A stretch of DNA of 64,000 nt from Bispira polyomma (Eukaryota): contig OZ287750.1 of assembly GCA_965649765.1 (NCBI GenBank), positions 63,054,001 to 63,118,000 on the forward strand. Reading direction: 5' to 3'. The notes under the pieces are model-generated. The model was not told the DNA's origin. It was given only the letters and a program-made list of their open reading frames with translations, and made no database searches. The position numbers were made by a program, and so were the translations under genes. This document shows, piece by piece, positions 51,314-64,000 of the stretch (positions are counted from its first letter, which is position 1; every line of letters begins with the position of its first letter).

Positions 51314-54300
51314 TTATATTGGGGGAGACTGATTACCTATATTTATGAATGAGGGGTATCATACCAAGAGTAAAGGGTATACCTGTGCTGTGTTATGCTC
51401 TAAATATTTTTATTTAATAATTTTTGTTTAACTTTAAATTAAACCTACCTTGATAAGTACAAGACTCTAGCATATGGAAGAACGACTCTGGAAGTATAGG
51501 TGTTAATACCATCGTCAATTTTAGCCATAAATCAATTTCTGCTTGGAAACATGGGTGTGATGATTTTACCTTAAATAAATCAATAAATTTGTTTGTTTTC
51601 CCCAACATACCAGTATAAATATACAGTATAAACCTAATGTCATATTAAACACTAAGTGTAGAAGAACCACTTGTGTGTTACTTATGTGTTACTTATAATG
51701 TAAAAGCAGGTTAATTGAAGTAATACTGAGAAAAAAATAGTAACACAAATACACTTTGTATTTACAAACCCAAATGTAGATAGCTATACAACCTATTTAT
51801 ACTATACACTACTCCAAACTAGATCTCACTTACTTACAAAACAAATGTTTGCCTGCATTGCTAGGGTTATAAAATATGGAATGAATTTGAAAATTACCAA
51901 ATCTTTTTAACCATGATCACAAATATAATTTAATTGACACCTGGAGAATTTTGCCAATGAACATGGTATCCATTATTTTTAAAGCGAGCACACTATTCCC
52001 ATGTCATTAACATAACTATGTGATAATATAGGACAAATATATAATTTGATTTTAAGATACTGTTGATAATACAATTTATGACATTCTCAGGGTGAGCAAA
52101 TGAAGTTGAATTATCATCACAATTTTGTCCGGGTCATAGAAAGGGTAAGTAAATGTTTGTATTGATGTTTTAAAATTAAAATGATACAGCAAATTTTAAT
52201 AAAATAAAATCAACAAGGAAGAATGGACATAATTGTGAACACCTGTGTACAAACAAATTTGGTTTTAACATACCATTGCTACAGCTTCAGTACACCCTGG
52301 GTAGCATGCTCTCCCTGTGGGATCACATGACTCGCTGAGTGCTGAGAACCAATGATTGAGTGTGTCAAACGGGGGTCCAAAAAACAGACCAAAGAGCTGC
52401 TGCAAACAAGGAAAGTGGTTCTGTGCACCTAGGAAATTAATGCCGCCACACTGACTAATCTAGAAAACACAACTCTGCAAAATCACCACTTCTGACATGA
52501 CAACAGTATCAGTCATAAAGGTCATAATTAATGTTAACCCAACAATGTTCGCTCACCAAAGTATGCATGCTTGACCCCTGGCCTAGCTTCCTTGTCAAAG
52601 AATGTGTAGACATTCTTCTCACATCAGTCACTAAACGTGTTAACAATTCCTTATTTCAGGGTGTGTTCCCCAATAAGTTAGAAAATGCTTTTGTCTCTCC
52701 TCTCATGAAAAAGGCTGTTTTACCACAAAGTTATTAAAAATTTCGACCTGCATCAGGTCTATGCTTTCTCTCATTGATAGAATGGGTTGTAGCCCTTCAG
52801 CTTACGAGTCTAAAAAATTCAGTCTTGATAACGACTACCAATCAGCATACAAAAGATATCATTCCACTGAAAGAGCTAGGCTTTACATTAAACATATTAT
52901 TATTATATAATATGTCCCTATCATATGGTATTCCCACTCATTAGTATGTTTGGACTTCTCAGCTGCTTTAAACACTATTGATCATTGTGTCCGTCCTCAT
53001 AGACTCAAAACATGGTTTGGTTTAAAGGACTCTGTCTTGCAATGGTTTGTCTTCTACTTGTCGGACAGGAACCAGTCTGTTAAAATTGGCAATATTCTAT
53101 CTTACCCACATATGCTGAATTTGGTTTGCCGCAAGGGTCTCTGCTTGGACCAATCCTATTCTCCTATTTTATACACTAAACCTTTCTCCACCTATTCTTC
53201 TCTAAAATATCACCTTTATGCTGATAATACACTGCTATATGTGTGCACCTTACTCCAAACACATGAGTTGGTGCCCTGGAAGTCCCTTAGAAATGCTTGG
53301 CAGTTGTTCAGAATTAGATGGTGCTAAATAAGCTCAAGCTGAATCTGGATAAAACCAAATTCATATTGTTTGGCTCTAGCACTCAACGTGCTGAAGTATC
53401 AACTTGTTTTCCAGTTATCCCCTTTTGATGAAGTAAGGAGCCTTGAAGCTTTGTTTGATGATGATTTTTCCTTCTATACTCCTATCAAAAATCAGTGTGT
53501 AAGTCCTGTGTCATCGATATCTCAAGAGAACCAGGAGGCACCTACTAAAAATGGTTGCAATAGCTCCAGAAAATTCTCTATTAGGCATGAGAATGGATTA
53601 CTAAATTCGCTGTTTTGCAGTTTTACTAAAAATGTTCTAAATAATTTGAAATTCATCCAGAATTCATTGGCACGTCTGGTTAGTTGTTCTGCTTGTCTTT
53701 CACATGCTTCACCCATTCTAAAGTCACTCCATTGGCTCTCTGTTAGGTATCGTTGTGCCTTTAAAACTGCTCCAATAGTGTACAAGTTTTGTTGTTGGGT
53801 TTGCCTAAATACTTAGGGCCACACTTGTGTTACTTTAAGTGTAATGTACCATTTGAGCTGCTATAAAAAATAGATTCCTTCTTGTTCTAAAATATAATTT
53901 CAAAGTAAACAGCTGAAAGGTTTACTTTGATAAAAGTTTTACAAATGATGCTCCTACTCTATGTTTACCTCAACACATTAGGACAACTCAATCCCTGGAT
54001 AGTTCAAAGACCTATCTGGTCAATGATGCATTCCCTCCACAGCGTCTTTCCTGTTCTTAGTGAATGTGTTGATGACAACTTCTTTTTGTCAATCACTAAT
54101 GAATTTTGTCTGTGGCTGGCTCGAAAATAAGCACTAAAAAGTCTGATAAATATGTATGTGTATTTTCCCTACTGATTAATAAAAATAAGTGTAACAGTAT
54201 ATCCACTGTTATCAAGATTGTAAATTGCATATCACTATAATATACCAATAAAACATACAGAAAGGCTATGAACAACAGTCGATTTATGGGTTTCAGTATA

Positions 54301-57300
54301 ATGTTATATTGCTATTTTGAATCATTTATTTGTCTCCATTGTTAATTGACAATCTAAATGCACTATACCTTCTCTTGCCCTTGTCCAGTGCAGTATCCTA
54401 TTTCACTCTGTTTAGGGTAATATGCAAATACCATCGCACACATTTCCTCTTGATAAGCACTATCGCCTTTAAATACACATACAACAATAAACATACATAA
54501 AGTGTACCACAGCTAATACAGATAACTGAAGTACAACATGAATATAAGTGACAAATTGATTTACCGAAAAAAATCACCCTGTCATTATTGAGTGTCTCCC
54601 ATGTGCAGGTGATAATGATTTCATCTCCTGCTTCTATAACTAGTGGTGGGTCAAACCTGCAGAACAGTAGAACAATATATAACGTGGAACTTGTCAACTA
54701 AAATTTGTGGTAGTATTGCAATCAAGACTGATTAAACTTTGTATTGTCATGCTTACAACTTAAACCTTGCACTGTCATAGTTAAAGGCATCAATGTCAAA
54801 AAAGACAGCTGTAACTTCATTATTTCTCTTTATTTCAGCTTGAAATCTTCTTCCTTGAACAAAATAAATAATACAAAAAAATATTGTAGAAATCTCTATA
54901 AATTTGTCAACATGACTTAACTGAACATTTTGCATCTTTCTGCGTATTTTTTAATGGCCACGGACAGGCCATAAACAAGCCATAAACCTAAATTCTATGT
55001 TAACTGTGTTCTATAAACTGAAAATGCCTCGCCATGGAAGTCTGGCAGGGGACACCAGCGAGTTGTCTCGGCCACCATAAATGCATGATAAGACTGTTTA
55101 CCCGATTAATAAAGAACAGACACGCATTGGATTCGTGAAGGACAGTGAACTGACTGCTTCTACAAAAACCATAAAAGAAAGCATGGAATCAATACACAGA
55201 GACTGCAGTTAGGAGAGGTGGTTATATTAATAATGAATACACAGAGACTGAAGTTAGGAGAGGTGGTTATATTGATAATGAATATACAGAGACTGAAGTT
55301 AGGAGAGGTGGTTATATTGATAATGAATACACAGAGACTGAAGTTAGGAGAGGTGGTTATATCAATAGTGAATACACAGAGACTGAAGTTAGGAGAGGTG
55401 GTTTTATCAATAATGAATACACAGAGACTGTAGTCAGGAGAGGTGGTTATAATGATAATGAACACACAGAGACTGAAGTTAGGAGAGGTGGTTTTAATAA
55501 TAATGAATACACAGAGACTAAAGTCAGGAGATGTGGTTATATTAATAATGAATACACAGAGACTGAAGTTAGGAGAGGTGGTTATATTAATAATGAATAC
55601 ACAGAGACTGAAGTTAGGAGAGGTTTGAATTTGAATTTGGATATTTAACGTCCACTCTAGTAACTTTTAGTAGGTTTTATTGGGACTGGTAGTTAGAAAC
55701 GCTGGAGGGAACACTGCATACAGTTGGTCAAGATTCTGCAGAGAAACCAGCGGCACACAGTAAGGAACTACCACCTTTCCCACATAGGCATCGACAGGAT
55801 TCGAACTCACGCCGCCCAGAGGTGAGAGACCAGTGCTTGTGAAGCGCAATGCTTGCTAATCACTAGGTCACCAAGTTAGGAGAGGTGGTTATATCAATAA
55901 TGAATACATAGAGACTGAAGTTAGGAGAGGTGGTTATATCAATAAATGTATTTTCAGTCTTCACTGGTCAACTTCAAAGTCAAAAATGGAATTTAGGAGG
56001 AAAATGTAGACAGGTGGCAAATTTAGGGATTGGCTGAAGAATGATAGACAGAATATTGGATGGGAAGTGGAACCTCAAGATTTAAGGAGTATTATGTGTA
56101 TGATACACCGATACAGCAATCCCCTAAAAAAGTCCTTCTGTGCAAAATGTATTCAATATCCAATAACTACTAATGCTGCTGTGTAAAATGTGTGTACCTG
56201 CGTAATGCATATGAGGATATGCAGCGACAATCTTGCTTCTTTCAGGAAATATCTGTTGCGTGCACTCCGGAATACAGAAGGCTTCCAGCGACACTTCTGC
56301 TTGTCCCGGGGGCAATTGTATAAATGTTGATGTCACAAAAACTGTTGTTTCATCGTATTGCCTGAATACAAGGCATTTATAGGTAGAATCTCTTTGAAAG
56401 ATTACGATTATACCTTAAACTCTCTCACTCTGTGACGCCCATAAGTTTTTAACCCAAATTTAGAAAAAGTATAGACCAGGAAGATTGTGGTTTACAATTT
56501 TATTGATGGTTAGAAACACAGAAAATCGTGGTGGGCTATAACAAATGTGTGCTTTACTGAGAGAGATTCATGTACAGTATCACTGTATATAGAGAGATTC
56601 CTGTACATTATCACTGTATAGAGAGAGATTCCTGTACAGTATCACTGCATAGACAGAGATTCCTGTACAGTATCACTGGATAGACAGAGATTCATGTACA
56701 GTATTAGTGCATAGAAAGAGATTCCTGTAGAGTATCACTGGATAGGCAGAGATTCCTGTACAGTATCACTGGATAGTGAGAGATTCATGTACACTATCAC
56801 TGCATAGAAAACAGTATCACTGCATAGAGAGCGATTCATGTACACTATCACTGTATAAAAGAGATTTATGTACATAATATATATAATAATCGACTATACA
56901 GCACAAGGTACTATAAAACTTGAAATGTAAATCATAAGTTGCAACAGGAGTAACAAAGATGAATGGTATTTCAACAGTCATAGTGTATAGCATAGAAAAT
57001 TAAACGTTAATTACCTCAGTACAGGTGTGAAATAAAGAGTGACACCCGATCCGTCAACATAGTCAAGTAGAAAAGTGTTTGTCCAGTGCATCTGTGGAGT
57101 GAAAAATATAAAAATACAGGTTTACCAAAAATTATTAAAAGATCAGTGTATATCAGTTATTCAAGGAAAACGATCAACTTAGCCTTCACTGCAAGAAAAC
57201 ATGACAAAAAATAAATAAAAGCCCTTTGGGATGCTTTATTCATGTAACAGTTTCCTAAATAAATGCCGGCATGACCTGCTCGATGCAAATGGCAATAAAC

Positions 57301-60300
57301 GATCCTTGAGAAATCTTCACTTCAAGATAGCATGATCAGAAAGGGGTCTGCTGATTCAGTTCCCCTCACAAACTGTAGCACTACCTTTATGCCTAGGGGC
57401 AGAACTGACCAATAATTCATTCTGCTCATCCCTCTTCTGCTAGCCAATTGAATTCACTCATCCCCTCCAACACAATAGATTTGTATAGGTCCTTCATATT
57501 GAAATTAAGCTTACACTAGTGAACACCAGGAAAATTGGTCCACCCCTCCCCCTTACCTCAGCAAAATTTTACATGCTTTTCTTGCTTGTTAGCCAATTCT
57601 GTCTGTTGTTCGTATGTATACCCAAAGTCTGGTATCCTATGGCAAAGACAGACAGTCATATCGGAAATGGCGACCCCGAGAGTATGCTGGATCCCCCATC
57701 AGATTAACATTAGCTCGTCCCCATTATACAATATTTCATTAATATTCAATTTATTTTCCCTTTTACATTCACTTCAATGTGGTGACTGCTTTGTGTATGT
57801 ATACTTAGTGTACTTGGGGCCGCGGTGGCCTAGTGGTTAGCAAGCATTGCGCTTCACAATCACTGGTCTCTCACCTCTAGGCGGCGTGAGTTCGAATCCT
57901 GTCGATGCCTATGTGGGAAAGGTGGTAGTTCCTTACTGTGGACTGCTGGTTTCTCTCCAGAACCTTGACCGAATGTATGCAGCGTTTCCTCCAGCGTTTC
58001 CAGCTACCCGTCCCAATATAACCTACTAAAAGGTACTAGAGTGGACGTTAAATATCCAAATTCAAATTCAAGTAATAGTGTATTTGTTCAGGTGACTGGA
58101 TTACGTCTGACAATAGAGTTTAACCCCTATGTAATACTGTTGTTGGCTAAGGCTTAATTATTCGGGCTGGTCCATGTCATATGTCGTTGAAGAGGTATAT
58201 TAAAACTTTTTATGTAAAAAAAACTTGCAACTTTTAATCCTGCTTATGTATTTAAAATTTATCTTATTTTTATGTAAAAAATTAATTCTTTGAATTTAGT
58301 TTCACTGTCTTCATCTTCTGCTGACTTTCAAATCACCTTACTTGACTTTTTACTTGACCTTCATCAAAGTTAACATCTGGGATACTTTGGGATAACCAGG
58401 AGTCTCTGTCTTATCCTCCAATATTGTGAATATTTTTAACAGTTACAAGTATTTTATGTAGAACAATGTTAAAACAATGTTTTTGTTTTTGTGATATCAT
58501 ATACACTTCTGTTTGTAATATCAAATAAACTTTTGTAGTGCCAGTCACTATCATAATCAAGTAATAATATGTGTTAACCCATATGAATAGGTATGTCTTG
58601 ATAGTTAAAAATACAACCTTATTTTCTGATTCCAAACTACCTTTGCATGCAGTTGTGAAGGGGCTCATTGAAAAGAAGGATGGCGGATGAAAATAATATT
58701 AATTTTAAAATGTCAGCAAATTGTCTGGAATAAAGAGACAAACACTGGAAAATTTATGTTTTATCTTATTTGAAAACTTTGAATGCAAGTATTGTCTGTT
58801 TACAGAACACATACTGGACAAAAGTTGAAATAAGTTCAATGAAAAGGCTATGCGATAGTCAATGCATTATTCATGGAAGTAAAAAAAAACTCAAGGGGTG
58901 TTGTAATTTTGATAAACAATGGTTTTGAATATAATTTTTTTTCAAACATTGGTAACTTAACGGTTGAACTAACAATATGTGATCTAAATATATTATTGAT
59001 AAATGCTTATTCTCCAAATACTGGCAAACCAAGGTTCTATGAAACAATTGAAAGACAAATTGTTGGTACAGAGTGCAAAAAAATTATATTATATGGCGAC
59101 TAGAACTTATTCATAGATAAAAACATGGAATTTAAGAACTATATCAATATCAGTAACCTGCAAGCAAGAAAACAATAATAGATATTATGCAAAAAATTAT
59201 TTGATATACATATACAGGCAGAATTATCTATGTATGCATTATTACACATGGGGAGGACGAAACCCATTAAAACAGGCCCGACTAGATTATTTTATTATAT
59301 AGAATATATTGTCAGATATGCTTACGAAATGTAATATTTTTCCAGGTTATAGGTCAGACCTTATTCAAATAGTGATGGATTAGTTTTCTTTAAGCTTAAC
59401 GTCTTTGATGTAATTTGATTATACAAATGGAAGAATTCTGAAGCTTCATTGGACTTATTCTCTCCATCACTCATACATACAATCAGCAGGCTAAATATCC
59501 TCCTGCTTTTTGACACTCCATTTTGAATTCAAACATTAAACAAACAACAGCAAGGAAAATGTTAAACATCTACCACCTCCCCTTACCACAGCTTACCTAC
59601 TTATTAATTACAAACTTATTTTCCAGGCTTGATGCCATTGTAGCTCTGTTCCATTAGGCCTCTCATCCATGGGCATCCTAGCCGTAAAGGTAGCGAGTCT
59701 TACAAGGATTAGGCAGTCAAGACAATCGCTGGGTCCTCTCTCAATTAGGACATAGCTTGTTTTAGAAGTCAAAATTTTGTGTAGCTTAAATCATTTATGA
59801 TTCTAAGGGTTAGGTTACGGTTTGGAGTGGAAAATGAGCTGGCTTAGTATTTCATAGACTCTTCTTGTTTATGGTCAACTTTTGCCATTCTGATGCAGTT
59901 ACCCTGTGTCAGAAGTTAAATTTATGCCTGGTTTATGGCTGAGCAATATGGTGAAATACAACATTAACATGTAGTAAATTTATGGCTAGATAATACTGGA
60001 AATGGTTTGAAACTGCGGCTTTTAGCTGAATCATGATCTTATCGAGTGTTATGAGACGAATAATGTTGGAATTGCAACAAGCTTATGGCAAGGCAATGAT
60101 TAACTGACAGGTTATAACTGGATTATGTCATGTAATGGTATGGAAAACATGAAACCTATACCAGACTCATGGAAAGGCACTTGATTGCTGATGTGATTGG
60201 TTACAAAGTTAATTAGCAGTCTATGTATGAAAAATCTACACTTGTAAAAGATTGCTATGATAAAGCCTAATGCTAACCAAATTGAGCACGGCGCGATGCG

Positions 60301-63300
60301 ATGTGGCTCTTGCCGATCGGCACTGCAGCATATATACCTTGCTTGCACACCACAAGCGACAGTACACAGTAATAATCTACAAACAAGTATTGAAATACTC
60401 ACACACACACCAAACTATATTTGTTCATATTTCTACGTTGTTTTTTTTTTTGCTGTTATTATTGTCTTTTTGATTGAGAATTAATGCCACTTTCGTCATA
60501 AATATATTATGTTAATGAGGACAGGGTTGAGGGCGTCTTAGCCAGTTTTCGTAAACTGCTCATTAACATATATTGTTTAATGGAGCAATGACTGGCCAGC
60601 ATATACATATATTAATAAAGCGAAGATGTCCTCATGTAAGTTTAGATCTGGAGTCGAAATCAAGAAGGTTTGTAAGGTTGGGGAGAATATCAAACATGTT
60701 TGATATTTTGTAAAAGGTCCCGACTTACTTCCCCGGACATCCGAATCGTATTGTCAATACATTCTGTTAGATTAGTGGGCGCACTCCAGGCCTGTCCTAA
60801 TGCTGCCCTGGACTGGCCTAAAAGTACCCTGTTTTGAATAGGACAGAATGGGCCGGCAATCCGATCAAACTTATTTAACTCTTGACCTAACGTATTGCGC
60901 CTTGACAGAACTTTTTGTCACCCCGGCAAAACTTGGTGTGAATTTGATTTTTAACCCAGATTGAACTTAACAGAGTATGACAGGACATAATGGCTATCAG
61001 ATCTGCCGGGGGCCATCGGATCGACCGGGGGAAGGATATGACAGAACTTATTAGCATTAGGATCTGACGTATTGAGTACCAACCAATAGGATAAAACTTA
61101 TGCAGATCAGGGTGTTTGAGTATAAAAACATCTCGGCAGTACTGGACTCTTTGTATTTGGAGATTTTTATAGTTTTTAATTATATATACTGACAGAGGGA
61201 TTTTTACAGTCAGACTTTTTTATATTACACAACATTTAAAGAGGAATTTTGCCAAGAGGAAGGTGAGTAAAGAGGAAGATGATGAAAGTGGAAGCCTGTG
61301 TCAACCTATGTCCCCCAGCAGTTTGCGGCCCAACAGTATCAGCATCCATCCCAGCACGTTCTTGTGGTGGATAGAGCTACAAAGTTTTTGGCTGTTGCGC
61401 CCCAGCAGAAGCCTGTGTCAACCTACGCCCCCCAGCAGTTTACAATGCAGCCGTCTTAGCATCTATCACAGCACGTTCTTGTGATGGATACAGCTCCAGA
61501 GTCTTCGGCTGTTGCGTCCCTGCAGAAGCCCTTGTCAACCTACGTCCCCCAGCAGTTTTCAACGCACCAGTCTCAGCAGAGTGTTAAGCTGCTAACTTAC
61601 TATGTTATGGAAGAAAATTCAGGGGTTGCTACAAATGTGAAGCTGCCAAGCTCTTCACCCAGTAAACAGTTTTTAAACCCACCTTCTAGTGGCCGGGTGC
61701 CTTAAAGTTACAGCTAGTTTAAGTCCAACATCCAAGGACATTCTGTACCAAGTAGTGTATCTTTTGCCATCTGCTGTTTTATATGTGTGCATTACGACAC
61801 TATTTAGATCCAAATAGTGTCTGGATTAAGAATAAGTGTTGAAATAGAGTTGCAATCTACCAGTGTAGAAATCAAGCATCCAAAAGTTAGATTAGATTAG
61901 TGACAGTTTCTCACCTGTAGAAGATACTAATGCAATCTCATAGGTTAGATAAAAGATCAACGAGTAGTCACCTACAAAATAAAAATCATTTTTTTACTCA
62001 GTACCATCTCTTACCTCAAGAATAATATGTGTGTAACCTGTAGGCCCTATTCTGGTACCAGCCACATCTGTAAAACAGTAGCCATTGAGTCCAATAGACC
62101 AGGGCATCATAGGAGGTTCTCGAAAGCTTCCCATTGTGCACTCTCTTGGTGACACAAAGCCTGGTATAACGTTACTGCCTGTGTAAATATACAATCAATT
62201 TTAAGATCATGCTTATTTATGTTAAATGTTATATGTGACCACAAGACATCACAAAGTGTATTTTTCTAGTGCTACTTTATTCTTAGAACTGATGACTCAC
62301 ATAGTAGTACATGTATTAGTACGGCATAAAATGGCATAAAATATGGAAAAGTAGTGTACAATACATATACTACAATTTTTAAAGCTTTAAAGACATCAAA
62401 TGATTTCAGTTTATATATAATGAAATAAGCAATTTGACCACATGTCACAATACTTATACATGATACAGTTATAAATTTATAACATACAATTAAATGTGAC
62501 AGGAGCATCAACAAGACAAAATATTGTAGTCAATCTGACTTTGTGGGCTAAACAAGGCCACAAATACAAACGAGTTTAAGTGGCATGGTGGTGCAGTAAA
62601 CACACTATCCCCTTGTGCTAATGAATATAAAACTTAAAGTGAATTTTTACAATTCCAACCCTTTAAATTATTTTCTGTAAAACCATTTGGTTTGATTGAT
62701 TGGTTCCTTTGTTTGATAAAATAATAAGAAATAAGTAACACCTTTTGCTAATGAGGTAAGTAAAATGAAGGGCCCAGCTGATAAAGAATAGTATTTAACT
62801 GTACGGTTTGACATTGATAGAGCAAAATTAACTACCAAAACTTATTCAAATTCTCAGTGATCTCAAATAGTAACTAAAGCAGAATTGGGAACATTTTGGA
62901 CTGAATTGTAAAATTTTAGATTTTTTAATATCTATTCGAAGTCTAAAGCACAATGGTCTGCTTTTTGTACGTTTAACTGGGTTCTGTTATATTATTCCAC
63001 AGATCACATTATAATACAAAACCTGAAACTAAACATCTAACGTGTCTGTAATGAATGTGTTTAAATCACAGTTTATACTATTTCAAGAATGAATAACATA
63101 GTTTAGGTAAACTAACAACTTGTATATGCATTCTATGGTACTTTTCATTTTAACTTTGTGAAACATTACCATTGAGCTAATTGATTACCTGTTTCAGCAG
63201 TAAAGAGATAAGTCATTATATGATGGGCAACATTGATATTGTCTATGTGTGGCTTTGATGCAATGATATGGTAATCTTGGTCACTGGGCAGTGCAAATGC

Positions 63301-63371
63301 CATGCACATATAGGTGGTGTCCTTTGCAGGTACTGCAGTGGGTGGAAACATGTAGGTCTCGTAGAATACGT
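51314..63371 (-). CDS. Temptin/DBH-MOXD-like copper monooxygenase, copy B (coding exons 4-13; exons 1-3 lie right of the window)
   Basis: Exons 63189-63371, 62015-62178, 57015-57091 (in-frame 3-nt deletion vs copy A), 56198-56361, 54757-54853, 54565-54656, 54369-54466, all with the same phases as copy A. Then Cys-rich C-terminal exons 52274-52428 (..SESCDPTGRACYPGCTEAVAM), 51449-51569 (VKSSHPCFQAEIDLWLK..ESCTYQ) and 51314-51336 (GNQSPPI*). All six Cu ligands are retained. The exon 10/11 junction is ambiguous. Confidence 0.9.
52520..54060 (+). mobile_element. Degenerate L2/CR1-group LINE in intron 10 of copy B
   Basis: CMLDPWPSFLVKEC, LDFSAALNTIDH, YHLYADNT and SPILKSLHWLSVRYR. Orthologous to 1-1100. 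Confidence 0.87.
55188..55945. repeat. 45-bp minisatellite (copy B), interrupted by a SINE
   Basis: Same unit as 2540-2915, about 11 units. Confidence 0.95.
55625..55872 (-). mobile_element. tRNA-derived SINE inserted in the minisatellite
   Basis: Same family as 805-1058, slightly 5'-truncated. 14-bp TSD aagttaggagaggt at 55611-55624 and 55873-55886. Confidence 0.93.
56558..56872. repeat. About 31-bp minisatellite (copy B orthologue of 8925-9650), about 10 units
   Basis: gtacagtatcactg(t/c/g)atagagagagattcct units. Confidence 0.93.
57816..58070 (+). mobile_element. tRNA-derived SINE (full length)
   Basis: GGGGCCGCGG start, A-box 57826-57836, B-box 57888-57899, (AAATTC)n tail, tagtgta(c/t)tt duplicated on both sides. 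Empty site in copy A at about 10075-10100. Confidence 0.93.
58690..59390 (+). mobile_element. L1/Tx1-like endonuclease fragment
   Basis: CLQNTYW, NSRGVVILINN, LLINAYSPN, YGD, KQARLDYF and PGYRSD motifs, with stops and frameshifts. Confidence 0.8.
61288..61580. repeat. 117-bp tandem repeat, about 2.5 units
   Basis: gaagcc(t/c)(g/t)tgtcaaccta recurs at about 61291, 61408 and 61525. Confidence 0.85.
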
Positions 63372-63479
63372 CTAAAAAGATCCAAAACATTTTTTATCTA
63401 ATTTGACATGTAACATAATTTGTTGCTATTTTTGTTTTATTTTTGACGAGATTGTTTTTTTTTATTATTAGAGTTTTCA

Positions 63480-64000
63480 AATTCTAATGTTGAAGTTATA
63501 TCATCTGCATATTGAATCAAACATGATCTTTTATCAAAGATTTGAATTCCTGTTATTATATCACTTTGTCTAATTTTTAATTGACAAGAATTTTTCAGCT
63601 AAAATAAATAGAAATGCTGATACTGCACAGCGTTGTCTTACACCTCTACTCATAAGTGTTACTATAGAAATCCAGCCATCATAGTTGATTATATAAAATT
63701 TCGATCCAACTGATAAAATTTTTGCCAAATCCAAATTTTTTTAGACAACAAAACATGAAATACCAGTTAAGTTTGTCAAAAGCTTTCTCAAAATTTAAGC
63801 AAATTATTGCTCCTGGTTTTTTAATGTCTCACAATATTCATGACATCATTAATTAATCTTGCGTTTAGTCCATTATATCTGTTCTTTATATATCCAATTT
63901 GGTCATGTGATAGTTTTAAAATTACTTTTTGAAGACGCTTAGCTAGGACAAATGTCAGAACTTTATAATTACAATCTGTTAAACTAATTGGTCGATATTT
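63480..64000 (-). mobile_element. L1/Tx1-like RT fragment, intron 3 of copy B
   Basis: Close homologue of 14290-14830 (FEKAFDKLNW, RGVRQRCAVSAFLFIL). Confidence 0.8.

Noticed and set aside
57816-57905. tRNA gene
   Set aside because: A and B boxes are present but followed by a SINE body, tail and TSD; no convincing cloverleaf.

Overview
AT-rich, intron-rich animal genomic DNA, probably a mollusc or other lophotrochozoan; it is not prokaryotic. The host content is two tandem, minus-strand paralogues about 49-53 kb apart. They encode a secreted protein with a signal peptide, a temptin-like N-terminal domain, a copper type II ascorbate-dependent monooxygenase core (DBH/MOXD-like, all six Cu ligands present) and a Cys-rich C-terminal domain. 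Copy A shows coding exons 1-10 and copy B shows exons 4-13, so together they give nearly the whole 13-exon structure. The introns and the intergenic region are dense with mobile DNA: a DIRS1-type element with intact ITR/ICR ends, two Ngaro-like tyrosine-recombinase retroelements, L1/Tx1, L2 and Proto2/RTEX-like LINE pieces, three near-intact tRNA-derived SINEs with target-site duplications, a spliced DD35D pogo transposon with a double PHD finger, and several hairpin minisatellites. The most unusual part is 20.8-27.5 kb, a decayed Maverick/Polinton-like virus relic with an adenain protease, a capsid-like tail and an intronless two-BIR IAP gene. That IAP gene is split by a TSD-flanked L1/Tx1-type retrotransposon whose ORF1 protein is fused to a NADAR (YbiA-like) domain. 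All family calls come from hand translation and recalled motifs; no database searches were run.
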